Shown: positions 35,681 through 50,884 of the stretch, piece after piece
Layout of the letters: every line of letters starts with the position of its first letter
Numbering within the stretch: the first letter of the stretch is position 1
DNA from: Octopus sinensis
Lineage: Eukaryota
Direction: 5' to 3'
Assembly: GCF_006345805.1 (NCBI RefSeq)
Contig: NC_043008.1
Coordinates: 59,768,001 to 59,832,000 of the forward strand
DNA: 64,000 nucleotides
The notes under the pieces: generated by a model
The model's database searches: none
Told to the model about the DNA's origin: nothing
What the model saw: only the letters and a program-made list of their open reading frames with translations
Program-made: the position numbers and the translations under genes

Positions 35681-36246
35681 TTGGATTGTCCGGAAAGTTC
35701 GTGCCGATTTATAGTAGCTTACCTTTCGACTTATTTTAGAACATGGTTGAGTTCATAAAATAGGATTTGACTATACCTCCATTTAGAGCACAGTTTAAGC
35801 TATCTTTTCGTGTAAGAAGGTTTATGTTCCTATAACCTGTGTTAATTCTATAACCCTTTAAAATGGAAGATAAGAAAGTTCATTTTCGGCCCTTGATGCT
35901 TTGGGAACTAGACAAAAATTGCTGCAGCTCGGCTGGGATGTGTTACCCCACCCTCCATATTCACCAGATATTGCTCCTTCGAATTTCCACTTATTCAGGT
36001 CTCTGCAGAATAGTCTTAATGGTAAAAATTTCAATTCCTTGGATGACGTAAAAGGATACCTTGATGAATTCTTTGTCATGAAACCACCTCAGTTCTGGGA
36101 AGAGGGTATTTTCAAGTAAAAGGAAAGATGGAGACGGATTGTGCAGCAAAATGGTTCATATTTGGTTGATTAAAAATGTAATGGCTAGTATTTATTGACC
36201 TTTTTCTTTCCTTTAAAAATAGGCACAAACTTTCCGGACAACCCAA
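35681..36246 (+). mobile_element. Internally deleted mariner (DD34D type)
   Basis: TIRs TTGGATTGTCCGGAAAGTTCGTGCC and GGCACAAACTTTCCGGACAACCCAA with TA on both sides; MEDKKVHFR fused to ...LGWDVLPHPPYSPDIAPSNFHLFRSLQNSL... Confidence 0.92.
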
Positions 36247-36399
36247 TACTTAATATCCCGTTGCTTCAGTCCACTCAGCTGGCAAAAATGAGCAACCCTG
36301 CGACGGACCGGGGTCCCATCAAGGTGCGGAATATATACGCCACGGAAACCGGGAAACCAACCGTTGGGAGTCGGCATGACTTTAGAAGATAACTGTACC

Positions 36400-36520
36400 T
36401 TTAGCTTTTTACCTGCAATTCCAGCATCCCATTCAGCCTCCTGCATCCCATCACTCATGAATACGATCCCAAGATGTTTAAAATTCACTTGCCCTGCCCA
36501 GTGAGGTTCTACTAACATGC
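36400..36520 (-). pseudogene. RTE-clade reverse transcriptase C-terminal fragment
   Basis: QVNFKHLGIVFMSDGMQEAEWDAGIAG resembles the FKYLG-x-x-x-T-x-DG...EID-x-RI motif. Confidence 0.5.
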
Positions 36521-36761
36521 AGAGTGCACAGTCGCAATAAAAGAATGATGAATGAGGAACTGCTAAAAAGAATTCCTTTAAACGAGATAATCCACTATAT
36601 ATACGTTTTCACGAGGATACAATAAAAAAAGCAGAATTCATGTGATTTGAACACGCAAGCACAAATCTGGGTACTGTTATATGAAAAGCACAACTGCTTG
36701 CACATGTATCTATGTATAAAATTTACGTGCGCATATATTGTTTGCCAAAACCTGTAACTTC

Positions 36762-36834
36762 GTATGTATGTATGTATGTATGTATGTATGTATGTATGTA
36801 TGTATGTATGTATGTATGTATGTATGTATGTATG

Positions 36835-36891
<57 letters not shown>

Positions 36892-36944
36892 GTCTGTCTG
36901 TCTATCTATCTATCGATCTATCTATCTGTCTGTCTGTCTGCTTG

Positions 36945-37017
<73 letters not shown>
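36762..37017 (+). repeat. (TATG)n-(TATC)n compound microsatellite
   Basis: Direct inspection. Confidence 0.97.
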
Positions 37018-37215
37018 GTCTATCCATTCATCCGCACATTTATTTAGACTTTTGTAGGCGTATGCATACATAACACTTATTTTACCAATCCCAGAAGGAT
37101 GAGCGAACTACCAAACCACTACGTGATTGTTCCACCTGTTAGAAATGGCTAATATTTGCGTGTGCGTGCATGTGTGTGCGTGTGTGTGTATGTGTGTTCG
37201 AATTTGTGTGTATAA

Positions 37216-37262
<47 letters not shown>

Positions 37263-37322
37263 AATCTGTATTCATATACATATGTGCATGGTTGCATGTA
37301 TATATATATATAAGGTCACTTT

Positions 37323-37382
<60 letters not shown>

Positions 37383-38223
37383 GTTGAAGGATGCAGTTTC
37401 AGATTCCACTTATAATAAACACTGTAGATTCATTTTTGTTTTTGCTACTGGCATCAATGCATGTCTTTTAAAAACCCTCATAGTAGTGCAATGACATCAT
37501 GATAAATTCCAAACAGTCTTCAAATTCTTTAAAACACAGATATTTTCTCGTCCATTCATTGCAGTAAAAATAAACACGAACCTCAATATAAATAATGATT
37601 TCTCACATTGGCATAAGGTTGCTATTTTATCGGCGAGAGAGTGTACAGTGGTGTAAACATAAGCTGCTTATTTGTTTTAGCGACCTCGAAAGAACGGCCC
37701 ACTGATGGACCAGCTTACTTTGTACGTTGTACCTGTTAGAAGTAGACACCAATTTTCCCTCAAGTTGCACCTAACCAGATTTAAAAGAAAATACAGTGAA
37801 ATGCAGAAATAACATATTCGACTGCTCGATCGGGGTTGGTCTACGTTACAAAACAACGGAAGGACATGTTAAATAGAGTCCAAGATATTGTTTTTCTAGA
37901 ACCTTAGGGGCTAATAAAGTTGAGCACCCACCTTCTACAGTGTAACTGGAGGAGTCGTAAACTTCTCTGTTGTTCAACACATCGACACTACTCCTTTGTA
38001 TTTATAGATTTAAGAATTCAATGATTAGGGTTAGGATCAGAGCACTGCATGTATCTACCCGTCGGGAACTTCTTGCACTGCAAAAGCCTGCACCTACAAA
38101 GAGCTCCTTGCTATCCCACATCCTACCTCAAAATCTGATAAACTTATGGTTTCATTTTCAACAAATCTCTATCTTCTGTGTGTTTTCTTTATCCTGACTC
38201 TATTTCTTTATCGTCATCTAGTA

Positions 38224-38741
38224 CCGTAAATCCTCGAGTATAATCCGCATTTTTTCCCCAAAATTTAAAGGTCAAAATCCTTAGTGCGTACTATATACGA
38301 AGTTAAAAATGAAAAATATCTTCTAAGCAATGTCCGAGTCTCTATTTACTGTCCGGCAATGTTTATTCAGACGCATTTTGTGATGACGGGCGCGAAAATA
38401 CCTTCAGCTAAGCCTGAAAGCAATGAAGTCATAAAAGAATTATCCATAACTTGCAGTAAGCAACATTTATTAAACGTTATTACTGTTATTACTGAATTTT
38501 TTTTTTCTGCAAGCAAAATGCACATAAAAGCTATACGTTAGCATTATGTTATATATACAATAATAATAAAAGACGTTACCGTATACATCTTTACAAACCA
38601 CGGACGTTATATAGACCTCCTTGACTCAATTTAGAGAAGGGGTGCGTATTATACACAAGGTTTAGGTTTTTCAGAGGTACAGCCTCCTAAAAATCTCCTG
38701 CGTATTATACTCAAGGGCGGACTATACTCGAGGATTTACGG
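38224..38741. mobile_element. TA-flanked MITE (pogo/Tc1-mariner type)
   Basis: TA|CCGTAAATCCTCGAGTATAATCCGC ... GCGGACTATACTCGAGGATTTACGG|TA. Confidence 0.85.
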
Positions 38742-40371
38742 TATACAATTTTCTCTTTTGTCCCTTAATCATTTTCTCAGTTTAAGATGAACTGGTTTAT
38801 ACCTTAAATGACTGTGAATTTGAAATTAGTGTTGTCAAAATCCTTTTGTTACGTTCTACACCCCCTATTATAAGTCAAACTCGCCCTTCTTTCTTCGTTG
38901 GTCCTCTTTTTATTTTTCTTGTAATTTTCCATCATGCTTCTATTGTTACAAAACGATAGGCAGATATTGTTGGTTGGGAGATGTACAGGTTCTCTTTCAA
39001 CGGCTTCTGAGACTGTGATCGATGAATATTCTCCGATCTATTGTGGCTGCTTGCGTTTTTTGATGCTGGACAATTTGGACAATTTCCTCCATCTTCCCTT
39101 CACTATAATCACTGGTCATGACAGGACAAGAGCTTTTTCAGACCCTCGGCACCGAAAAAAGGGTGAGCTCTACAAATAATTCTAGAGCTTCAACAGGTGG
39201 TGTTAGGCAGTCTGAGAACTGCAACATCTGAGATCTCTGCTGCTGCTTTCTTGTTTTGCAGTTCCTCTGGAGAGAAAGCCCTAAAGTAGGTTTTGTCACC
39301 ACATTATAACTGTTTAGCTTCCTGCTCCGTATTACCACAACCATCGCTCTTTCTTCTGCAACCAAAACGAGGAGTAGCTCTGAAAGTGTCATGTGAAGGC
39401 TTTGAGTGTCATAAGGCCTTATATTGCCAAAGAGACCTCGAGCGACCACAAGACATTCTTCGTGACCTCCGAACTCACTACCTACCTAAACTACGTCCAG
39501 AAGATTATGACCCAGAAGTTCATATCGATATCAACATCCATGACCCCTACTCATATTTCGTTGCCCCTAAAACCGAAGCACAACGGTATGGACATGTGCG
39601 TATGCATCTGGTAGTCCTGTTTGCTTGTATCGTATTTATTCCTGAGAACAACACATATATAACCGCATGCTTTACCTCAGCCAGTTGAGGTGATGTTCTT
39701 CCATAGATCGGTACTTGAAGATGTTGCTTCCTTGGCTCAAGAAAAGCTTTCATGTATGGAGTAAAGCAGAGGTAAAGGGCGCTTCACTTTTTTTGCCCCT
39801 TAAGAAAGCGTTCAGGAAGAGTAGCACTCACCTTTCTCACGTAACGCTGCCATACCGAGCTTCTGTTTGCTAACTCATGCAGTCAAAGGGTTAGCCTTGT
39901 CACACACAGTATTTCGTTGATTCACCAGAAAATTACAATAAGAACTGTACAAGTCTGTGGAGTACTCAGCCACTTGCACGTTTAATCAAGTGCAGGTAAT
40001 TCAATAGACAGAACAACGGAAACCTCTTCATCGAACGACGGAGATTCTTCCTCACCACAATTCATCTGAAAGGCTTTCACATAGTTTCCATTTATACAAT
40101 TTCACTTACATGAAACTGAAGCTATGGTAAAAGTCATTTGTCCAAAACGCCATGGAGGGTGATCGAACCCGGACCTCGTGTGACTGTCAAGCGATCTTCT
40201 AAAGAGGTTAACCTCTAGCATGAGGAAACTGTGATTGTTTCGGTACTCATTTCACACAACTTCATTTACCTTGGAGCGTTAATATCTTTCGGAAAATTAT
40301 GAAACTTCTCAAAAATCAACGGAAGCGCTATCATGTGGTCAAGGATTCAAATCGCTTTTGAATCACAGTTA

Positions 40372-41618
40372 CAGGGGTTGGACAAAATAATGGAAAAACC
40401 TAGCATCATAGCATCATAATTTTGAAATATCTATAAAACCGTCCAAAGCTTGTTTATTTTTATGTTTGTTGATTTACTATTAGTTTTCCTTAATATGTTT
40501 TGCTAAAATTGCTGTTTCTTTTCAGATATCATCAGAAAAAGGTAATTAAAATTCATTAAATTGACTGATCTATCGGACTTTCAAAGAGGTCAAAATTGTT
40601 GGTGCTCGTATGGCAGGCGCTAGCGTATCGAAAACAGCCGAAATGTTTGGTGTATCAAGAAGTACTGTTTGGAAAGTAATGACAGACTTTGAGAAAGAGG
40701 GGAAAACCTCGTCGAAAACTCTGGAAGGAAACCAAAACTTTCAGATAGGAACCGTCGTACTCTTACACGAATTGTTAGAAAAGATCACAAAGATACAGTT
40801 CCCAAAATTACCGTAGAGCTTAATGACCACCTCGAGAACTCAGTTTCCACAAAACTGTTCGTCGGGAGCTGCACAAAGCCGGATTTCACGGGTAGGCTGC
40901 AATCAGAAAACCACTACTTTCAAAAGCAAACGTTGTAAAGCGTTTAGAGTGGAGTAAAAACTTAGAGAATTAGTCCCTAGAGCAGTGGAAGAATGCTATT
41001 TCTTCACCTTATTTCTGACCATTGGCCGAGTATACGTGTGGAGACAGCCAAAAGAAGCATTTGACCCGGACTGCCTTCTTCCAACTGTTAAACATGGAGG
41101 AGGATCTGTGATGATCTGGGGAGGTTATATCTTGGAAATATGCCGGCCCAATGGTTTCCCTCCATGGCAGAATTAATATTCAAGACTATTTAAGCATTTT
41201 ATCTGATAAAATTCATTCTATGGTTGCAGAACTGTTTCCAGAGGGAAACGAAATCTTTCAGGATGATAATATACCAATTCACACAGCTAAAGTTGTTACT
41301 GAATGGTACGAGGAACATTCTAGTGAAGGTGAACATCTTATCTGGGCACCACAGTCCCCAGATCTCAATATTATTGAACATTTATGGTGCAGTTTAAAGC
41401 AAGTAAGGAGTTGATATCCTCTACCCTCATCACTACGAGAACTGGAGAATGTTTTAGCTGAAGAATGGACTAAAAATTCCTTTGGAAACAATTCAAACTT
41501 TGTACGAGTCCATACCTTGTAGAATTCAAGTGTTATTACTGCCAAAGGCGGTCCTACCCTATTTCAATTAAATTTGTTTGAAATTTTAAGGTGTTTCTAA
41601 TATTTTGTACAACCCCTG
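40372..41618 (+). mobile_element. Full-length decayed Tc1 transposon (DD34E)
   Basis: TIRs CAGGGGTTGGACAAAATAATGGAAA and TTTCTAATATTTTGTACAACCCCTG with TA TSD. Broken transposase from 40561: DLSDFQRGQ, HGGGSVMIWG, FQDDNIPIHTAK, WAPQSPDLNIIEHLW. Confidence 0.93.
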
Positions 41619-42134
41619 TATTTTTTTAAAAAAGGGATGAACTCTTATTTCTTTCCTTAGGTATCATTATGATTATTATTTTGTCGACACACAACGGTTT
41701 CTTATATCGGCACAAGGCCAGCAATTTTAAAGGGAGTTGTGGTGGGTTAATCGGTATTATCGACTTGACTGAGATTTTGTTTTATCGGCCTCGAAAATAT
41801 GAAAAACAAAGCTGACCTTTGCAGAATTCGAACTCAGGACATAAGGAGTCAAGACAAATACCGCAAAGTAAATTTTTTCCCCGACAGCTGTAACGATTCT
41901 GTCAACTTGCTGTTGCTTTATGTCGACAAACAGTGCATAGAATTTGGGTTTGCCACATTCCAGTTATGAGATTTTTTCTAAATTCTTTCAACATACCTTA
42001 TTTACAACAAATCATTCTCTTCAGAGGGGAAAAGTATATTTTTTCCTACGTCATTGTATAGGAGAGGCGTCATTTGTTCGAAGCACCCAGTTTTTTCATC
42101 CATTGGGTGATATTGAATGCAATGTTTTTGTTAT

Positions 42135-42560
42135 CTGATTAGACGTGGCTATGAGGTAAGAGGTATGCTTCTCAACCACAAGGGCACGGCTTCAGTAGCA
42201 CTACAGGGCTATAGCAGAAATGACATACGTCATTTTTGCTATAGTTCCAGTTAGACCAAAGCCTCGAGAGTGAATTTGGTAGATGGAAACTGAAAAAAGC
42301 TCGTGCTATATATATATGTATGTGTATATGTGTCCGCGTGTATGTATATGTGTGTCTTTGTGTTCGCGTGTATCCTTACTGATTGACAAATAATATTGGT
42401 TTTTACACGTACCCGTAACTTAGCAGTTCGACATAAGAGACAGATATAACAAGTAATAGTCCTAAAAAAAGCAATTACTGTGAATCGATGTGCTCTATTA
42501 AAATCTTTCAAGGCAGTGCTCCAACATAGCTGCAATCCGATGATTGAAACAAGTAAAAAA
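42135..42560. mobile_element. Rearranged SINE family A pieces
   Basis: Plus-strand head, minus-strand middle and plus-strand tail are juxtaposed. Confidence 0.6.
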
Positions 42561-42854
42561 AAACATATTTACTCATTTACACATTCAGGGTTATATCTGC
42601 ATGTTATTTTTACTATTAAATTAGGCACAATGATACATAAGGATTAGATAAGGATTGAACCTACCGGTTTCGTTGTTATTTAGCATTTCACCATAATCCT
42701 TTGCCTCTTTCCCTCAAGATAAGGAGTGCAAATAACCAAAAACTTTGCCTTGAGTCCACAGGTTGATGTGACCGAGCTTATCTTATTTCTGTGGCGTTTA
42801 ACTGACAGTAGGATTACTCTCCGTTGAGCGGGACGCCAGCACGTCGCAAATACG

Positions 42855-42999
42855 CGCAGGCGAGGCTGTGTGGTAAGGAGCTTGCTTACCAACCACATGG
42901 TTCTAGGTTCAATCACTGCGTGGCATCTTGGACAGTGACTTTTACTATAGCCTCGGACCGACCAAAGACCTGTGAGGCGGAAATTGAAAGAATCCTGCC

Positions 43000-43048
<49 letters not shown>

Positions 43049-43310
43049 TATACATATGTATGTATGTATGTATGTACTTATGTATGTGTGTGTGCGCGCG
43101 TGTGTCTTTGTGTCTGTATTTGTCCCGCACCATTGCTTGACAACCGATGTTGGTGTGTTTATGTCTTATGTAACTTAGTGGTTCGGCAAAAGAGCGGACA
43201 GAATAAGTACTAGGCATAAAAAGAAAATAAACGCTGGGGGAGATTTGTTCGACGTAAAACTCTTCAAGGCGGTGCCCCAGCAAGGTCGCAGTCCAATGTT
43301 TGAAGCATAT
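42855..43310 (+). mobile_element. SINE family A
   Basis: Colinear with 10064. Confidence 0.8.
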
Positions 43311-43369
43311 AAAACATTCCCCAAAACCTGGAGGTCAATTATTAATAATAGATGGCTATGTCTCTTTAC

Positions 43370-43575
43370 TCTTTTACTCTTTTACTTGCTTCAGTCATTT
43401 GACTGTGGCCTTGCTGGAGCATCGCCTTTAGTCGAGCAAATCGATCCCAGGACTTATTCTTTGTAAGCCTAGTACTTATTCTATCGGTCTCTTTTGCCAA
43501 GCCGCTAAGTTACGGTGACGTAAACACACCACCATCGGTTGTCAAGCGATGTTGGAGGGACAAACACAAACTCAT

Positions 43576-43614
<39 letters not shown>

Positions 43615-43790
43615 CATATATACGACGGGTTTCTTTCAGTTTCCGTCTACCAAATCCACTCACAAGGCTTTGGTTGGCTCGAGGCTATAGTAGAAGACAC
43701 TTGCCCAAGGTGCCACGCAGTGGGAATGAACCCGGAACCATGTGGTTCGTAAGCAAGCTACTTACCACACAGCCAATCCTGCACCTATAT
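43370..43790 (-). mobile_element. SINE family A
   Basis: Reverse complement is colinear with 12005. Confidence 0.85.
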
Positions 43791-44261
43791 CTATGGAAAA
43801 CAATACTTGAATTCATGTTAATATCTTTAATATAATGAGCATATTGATGTTATGTGAATAATTATATGGTGAAAAACAAACAACGTTGAAACACTGGTTG
43901 AAACTATTTTAATTAGATTAATATACTACGGGGAGATAATACCAGACAAGTTTCGATTCTATTACGCCTTCGTAGAATAGCATAGATTCCATCGTAGTTG
44001 TTAACGTAGTGCTTAGATACTTAATGTAAAGCATGAAGATGAGTTCGTCTTCTTAAGGAGTTGGCAGCGGGTGGGCTGGGAGTCACTTGTGGACCACAGG
44101 TATTCTCTATGGATCCGACTCTTTTCTAAAAAGAAATTATCAAATTTAATATATTCATGGGCCGTTGATTAGTTGATGGATGTTTAGGTAATCTTCAAGC
44201 GTCGTGATTTGTTTAATATTTCTTTTTAGCTTGAATAAGCATTGTCATTGATGGAAATTGG

Positions 44262-44300
<39 letters not shown>

Positions 44301-44994
44301 GGGTATATTTTTATATGTAAAACTTAATATAATCTACGTATAGTTCATAGACAAATGTAAAAAAAAAACATTCAAAACAAAAATATAAAAGTGTAAAACA
44401 AAAGCAGGCCATCATAAATAGGAAGTTTCTAATCTTTGATCTGCTCAGTGATTCTCTCATCACTGTTTCGACATTTACGACGAACGCTATACTTCACTGA
44501 GGAGGTCTAATAAAACCAGAACATGTTCATAGTGGTTTCCCTTATCAAACAGATTAAGATACCTCATATCATTGAGCTCTTATTATCTTTTCTTCATCAT
44601 ATAAATTGTTTTTAATCAAAATTTTTTGATTCTAAAATATATGGAACATGTTAACACGAACTTAAATATTAGAATTAAACAAGAACGTGCCATAAACATG
44701 GCGATGCATAAACACATCTACATAATGGGAACAAGGTTTCTGACCGGAAAATAATTACTAGGGTTCCAGTAGAACGTGGGTTTTGAATAAATAAATATTT
44801 ACTATGCTGGTTAAGATTCCCTTTGCTCTGTCAGTCGGGTAGAAAATGGTCGATAAAGTGCGAATGTGAGAGGAAAACTGAGACGTGGAGATAAAGGGCA
44901 GAAATGGTGATAGTAGTGTGGGGGGCAGAGGAGGCGGTGACAAGTGGGATAAATAGACATTAAACACACCCGCGTGTCTGAACACCTTGTATAC

Positions 44995-45018
44995 ATACAT
45001 ATATACACACATAGACAG

Positions 45019-45049
<31 letters not shown>

Positions 45050-45052
45050 CAT

Positions 45053-45087
<35 letters not shown>

Positions 45088-45238
45088 CACATATATAGAC
45101 ACACATTTATGTATACACATACATATATATATATATACAAACATATATATATACATATATGTATGTATATATATATTATATGTAACACATATATATATCA
45201 GTATATATATACATACATGTGTGTGTATATATATATAT

Positions 45239-45287
<49 letters not shown>

Positions 45288-45632
45288 AATAAACAGAGAC
45301 AGAAACAGTGATAAAGAAAGGAAGGAAAGAAGAAATTAAGAGAGAGAATGAAAAATAGGAGAGAGGAAAAATGATAAAAAGCTAAGTGGAGAGACAGAGA
45401 TATTAAGGGAGAAAGAGAGAGTGGGAAAGAGAGAGAGAGAGAGAGAGAGAAGGAGCAGAGAAAAACACAGAAAAAAACAGAGAAAAGAGAAAAAAAACGA
45501 AATAAAATACGAGCGTAAGGAAGATGAAAAACCGATAGATAGAAAGAGATAAATAGAGAGATTGGAAGTGAGAGAGAGAGAGAGAGAGAGAGAATAGAAT
45601 GAGAGAGCTTAATATATATATATATGTATATA

Positions 45633-45684
<52 letters not shown>

Positions 45685-45787
45685 TATATGTATATATATA
45701 CACATATATATATGTAGAGAGAGAGAGAGAAGAGAATGAGAGAGCTTAATATATATATATATGTATATATATATGTACATATATATG

Positions 45788-45842
<55 letters not shown>

Positions 45843-46010
45843 ATATATATAGATATATATATTATATATATCATATATATATATATATATATATAGCATT
45901 ATTATGTTAAGATGGCTTCTATACTTTACATTATATATATATAATGTAAAGTATATATATATATATATATATATTATGTAGAGAGAGATAGAGAGAAAGA
46001 GTGGGAGAGA
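44995..46010 (+). repeat. Compound (TA)/(GA)/(CA) microsatellite block with an internal 138-bp duplication
   Basis: GAGAGAGCTTAAT at 45601 and 45739. Confidence 0.85.
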
Positions 46011-46575
46011 GAGAAAACAGAGGGAGAATGATATTTGAAGACAAGAACACAAGAAAGCCAGTCAGTCAGCAAGCTGAAAAGAAAGGAAGCTGGTATCCAA
46101 TGCCAAAGGATATCGCCATTACCAAAATGTCATTCTTGTTGTCAACACATACGATTGCATTTTACAGTAGGAACTCTGTTAGCTAAATATAGGCACCTCC
46201 AAATGTTATTCTTTGTGGCGGTGGTGCTGGTGGTGATGGTGGCGTCGTGGTTGTAATGGAGGGAAGGGGGTACGGATTGCTGCTGCTGCGGCTGTTGCTG
46301 CTGTTATTGTTTAACCCTTGCGTCTGTGGTAACACAGCATGCCTATGATCAAAGACGTTCCAAACATGACCATTCTGCTTTGCAAGGCTTGTACGGTAAG
46401 AAGTTTGCTCCCTAAGCACCACATGGTTCCGGGTTGAGTTCTAATGCGTGGTGCTATTGGACAAGTGTCTTCTACTATAGCGCAGGGCCAGCCAAAACCT
46501 TGTCAGTGGATCAGGCTGAAAGAGAGAGAGAGAGAGAGAGTACTTTGCTCTCATGTGTTTATTCCCTCCCTCCCT

Positions 46576-46823
46576 GAGGTTACCGTAGTCTTTTCCGTAG
46601 GCTTTTCTTTCCACGGATAAACCTAATCTTGCTTCTTACATTTAAAAAATTTCTTCTGTGATACACGATCCCTTTTGATCGCCCTTTTTTCCCCGATTCC
46701 TTTTGATCGGAATTTTACTTTATTTCTCTTTTTTTCCTTTTTTTCTTTTTCATTTTCGAAAAGAAAAGCTCTACATTTGTATTTGTACCCTTTGTGTTCA
46801 GCTCTGTGTGGCCAATCAAGAAA
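46576..46823 (+). mobile_element. Tx1/L1 LINE 3' UTR, copy 3
   Basis: GGTTACCGTAGTCTTTTCCGTAGGCTTTTCTTTCCACGGATAAACC matches 1797-1840; followed directly by (CTAT)n. Confidence 0.85.
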
Positions 46824-46824
46824 G

Positions 46825-46921
<97 letters not shown>

Positions 46922-46925
46922 CATA

Positions 46926-47001
<76 letters not shown>

Positions 47002-47002
47002 C

Positions 47003-47037
<35 letters not shown>

Positions 47038-47049
47038 CATCCATCCATA

Positions 47050-47098
<49 letters not shown>

Positions 47099-47122
47099 CT
47101 ATCTATCTATCTATCTATCTAT
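46825..47122 (+). repeat. (CTAT)n microsatellite, about 300 bp
   Basis: Direct inspection. Confidence 0.97.
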
Positions 47123-47318
47123 TTAACTGTCTGTCTGTTTCCCCCCTCTCTCTCTATCTAAGGCTTCATCTTTGGGTCCCGTTTATGGGTTGGTAATAGT
47201 GGTTATGGTGATGATGGGCGTGATGGGATAATTCAGACACACATAGACATTGAAATATGAAACGGAGTCTGTAATGTATTCGATTAAACAGTTACACACA
47301 CACACACACACACACACA

Positions 47319-47362
<44 letters not shown>

Positions 47363-47469
47363 TTACACACACACATACACTCTCACACACACTCGCATGC
47401 ACACATACATATATAGCTGGAGGAAATTGCGTGCATAAATGTATGTGAGTGTATGTATATTTCATTTTC

Positions 47470-47828
47470 ATTTATTTGTTTCAATCATTTGACTGCGGCC
47501 TTGCTGGAGCTCCGCCTTTTGTCGAACAAATCGACCCCAGGACTTATTCTTTATAAGCCTACTACTTATTCTATCGGTCTCTTTTAGCTGAACCGCTTGG
47601 TTACGGGGACGTAAACACACCAGCATTGGTTGTCAAGCGATGTTGGGAAGAGGACAAACAGACATACAAACATATATACGACGGGCTTCTTTGAGTTTCT
47701 ATCTCCCAAATCCACTCACAAGGCTTTGGTCGGCCCGAAGCTATAGTAGAAGACACTTGCCCAAGGTGTCACGTAATGAGACTGAACTCGGAACCATATG
47801 GTTGGTAAGCAAGCTACTTACCACACAA
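47470..47828 (-). mobile_element. SINE family A
   Basis: Reverse complement is colinear with 10064. Confidence 0.8.
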
Positions 47829-47841
47829 TATATATTACATA

Positions 47842-48054
47842 CAAGGTGGTGCAAAAATAGGTATAAAAAAGAAAACACGTACAATACTCATTTGTATTTA
47901 TCAAAAACATTAAAAATTATGACAAAAGTATCATCATATTTATGATAAATGTATCATTATCATTAGTAACACTGAAAATATCAAAAATGAGGCTAAGTTA
48001 ATTATTATAGCATTGACGCGATACTTGTTGTATACCTACTTTTGCACCCTACTG
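47842..48054. mobile_element. Tc1/mariner-type MITE
   Basis: TA|CAAGGTGGTGCAAAAATAGGTATA ... TATACCTACTTTTGCACCCTACTG|TA. Confidence 0.75.
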
Positions 48055-48156
48055 TATATATATATATGCACGTGCATGCGCGCGTGTGTATATGTATTAC
48101 TTGAATAAGTGTATCTGCATATATAGGTCTTGTATTTGTACTGTGTGTGTGTATAG

Positions 48157-48195
<39 letters not shown>

Positions 48196-48213
48196 CACAT
48201 ATATGTGCGTATG

Positions 48214-48268
<55 letters not shown>

Positions 48269-48423
48269 ACTATATATACACATACGCACACAAACATATA
48301 TACACACGTTTGGTGAAACGTAATATACATTTTATACACATACATATACACTCACATATATGTATGTATATACGTATATATATATATCTATATATATGTA
48401 TAAATATATATATATATTTATAA

Positions 48424-48503
<80 letters not shown>

Positions 48504-49038
48504 GCATATATACGATTAAGTAAAGTACATGCAAACATGTATACATGCATCTAATCTTATCCATGCACATATACACACATACATAAACATATAGAAACGC
48601 CTATACATAGCGACCTACAAACATACATAAATATAGAAGAGCCAGCAAGACTGCCACTGTTTACATTCTGTTCAGTATTTATGTTACATTACTAAACTCT
48701 TTCAGAATCTTCTGTCTCCATACCAGTGCCCTCGTGTTTTCGACAGTGGAAGGGATGGGGTGGTGGGTTCACTTTTAAGATGTCTGTTATCTGAGCATTT
48801 GTGTTTCCATGTTTATATTACCCTGTTTTGCTTCTTAGTCCATGATCTACCCATTTTATATTGACCTATAATCAAAGCATTCCAACTACGGCCATCTCCA
48901 ATCTCTTTTTCTCTATGTATGTATGTATGTATGTATGTATGTATGTATGTATGTATGTATGCATGTATGTATGCATGTTTGTATGTATGCATGTATATAT
49001 ATATATATGTATATATTTATTATATATATATATATACA

Positions 49039-49111
<73 letters not shown>

Positions 49112-49317
49112 CACAGAGAGGTAGAGAGATAGAGAGATTACAATCTGTAGGAAAAATCCAGGGGAATAATTACAAGGTAGCTAAATGTTGTTTAAGTGTC
49201 CCAGGAATTAATATCGGTATAATAAATCGTATTTAGTAGAAGACTTCAAGAGATAAATAGTTTAACAACATCCCGAGCGTTCGTCTCCTTATTGAATCTT
49301 CGTATACACCCCACCAC

Positions 49318-50884
<1,567 letters not shown>

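Noticed and set aside
46001-46422. Short ORFs on both strands with Q/H/P runs
   Set aside because: Driven by (GCT)n and (GGT)n repeats and a SINE fragment; no consistent splice signals or recognisable domain.
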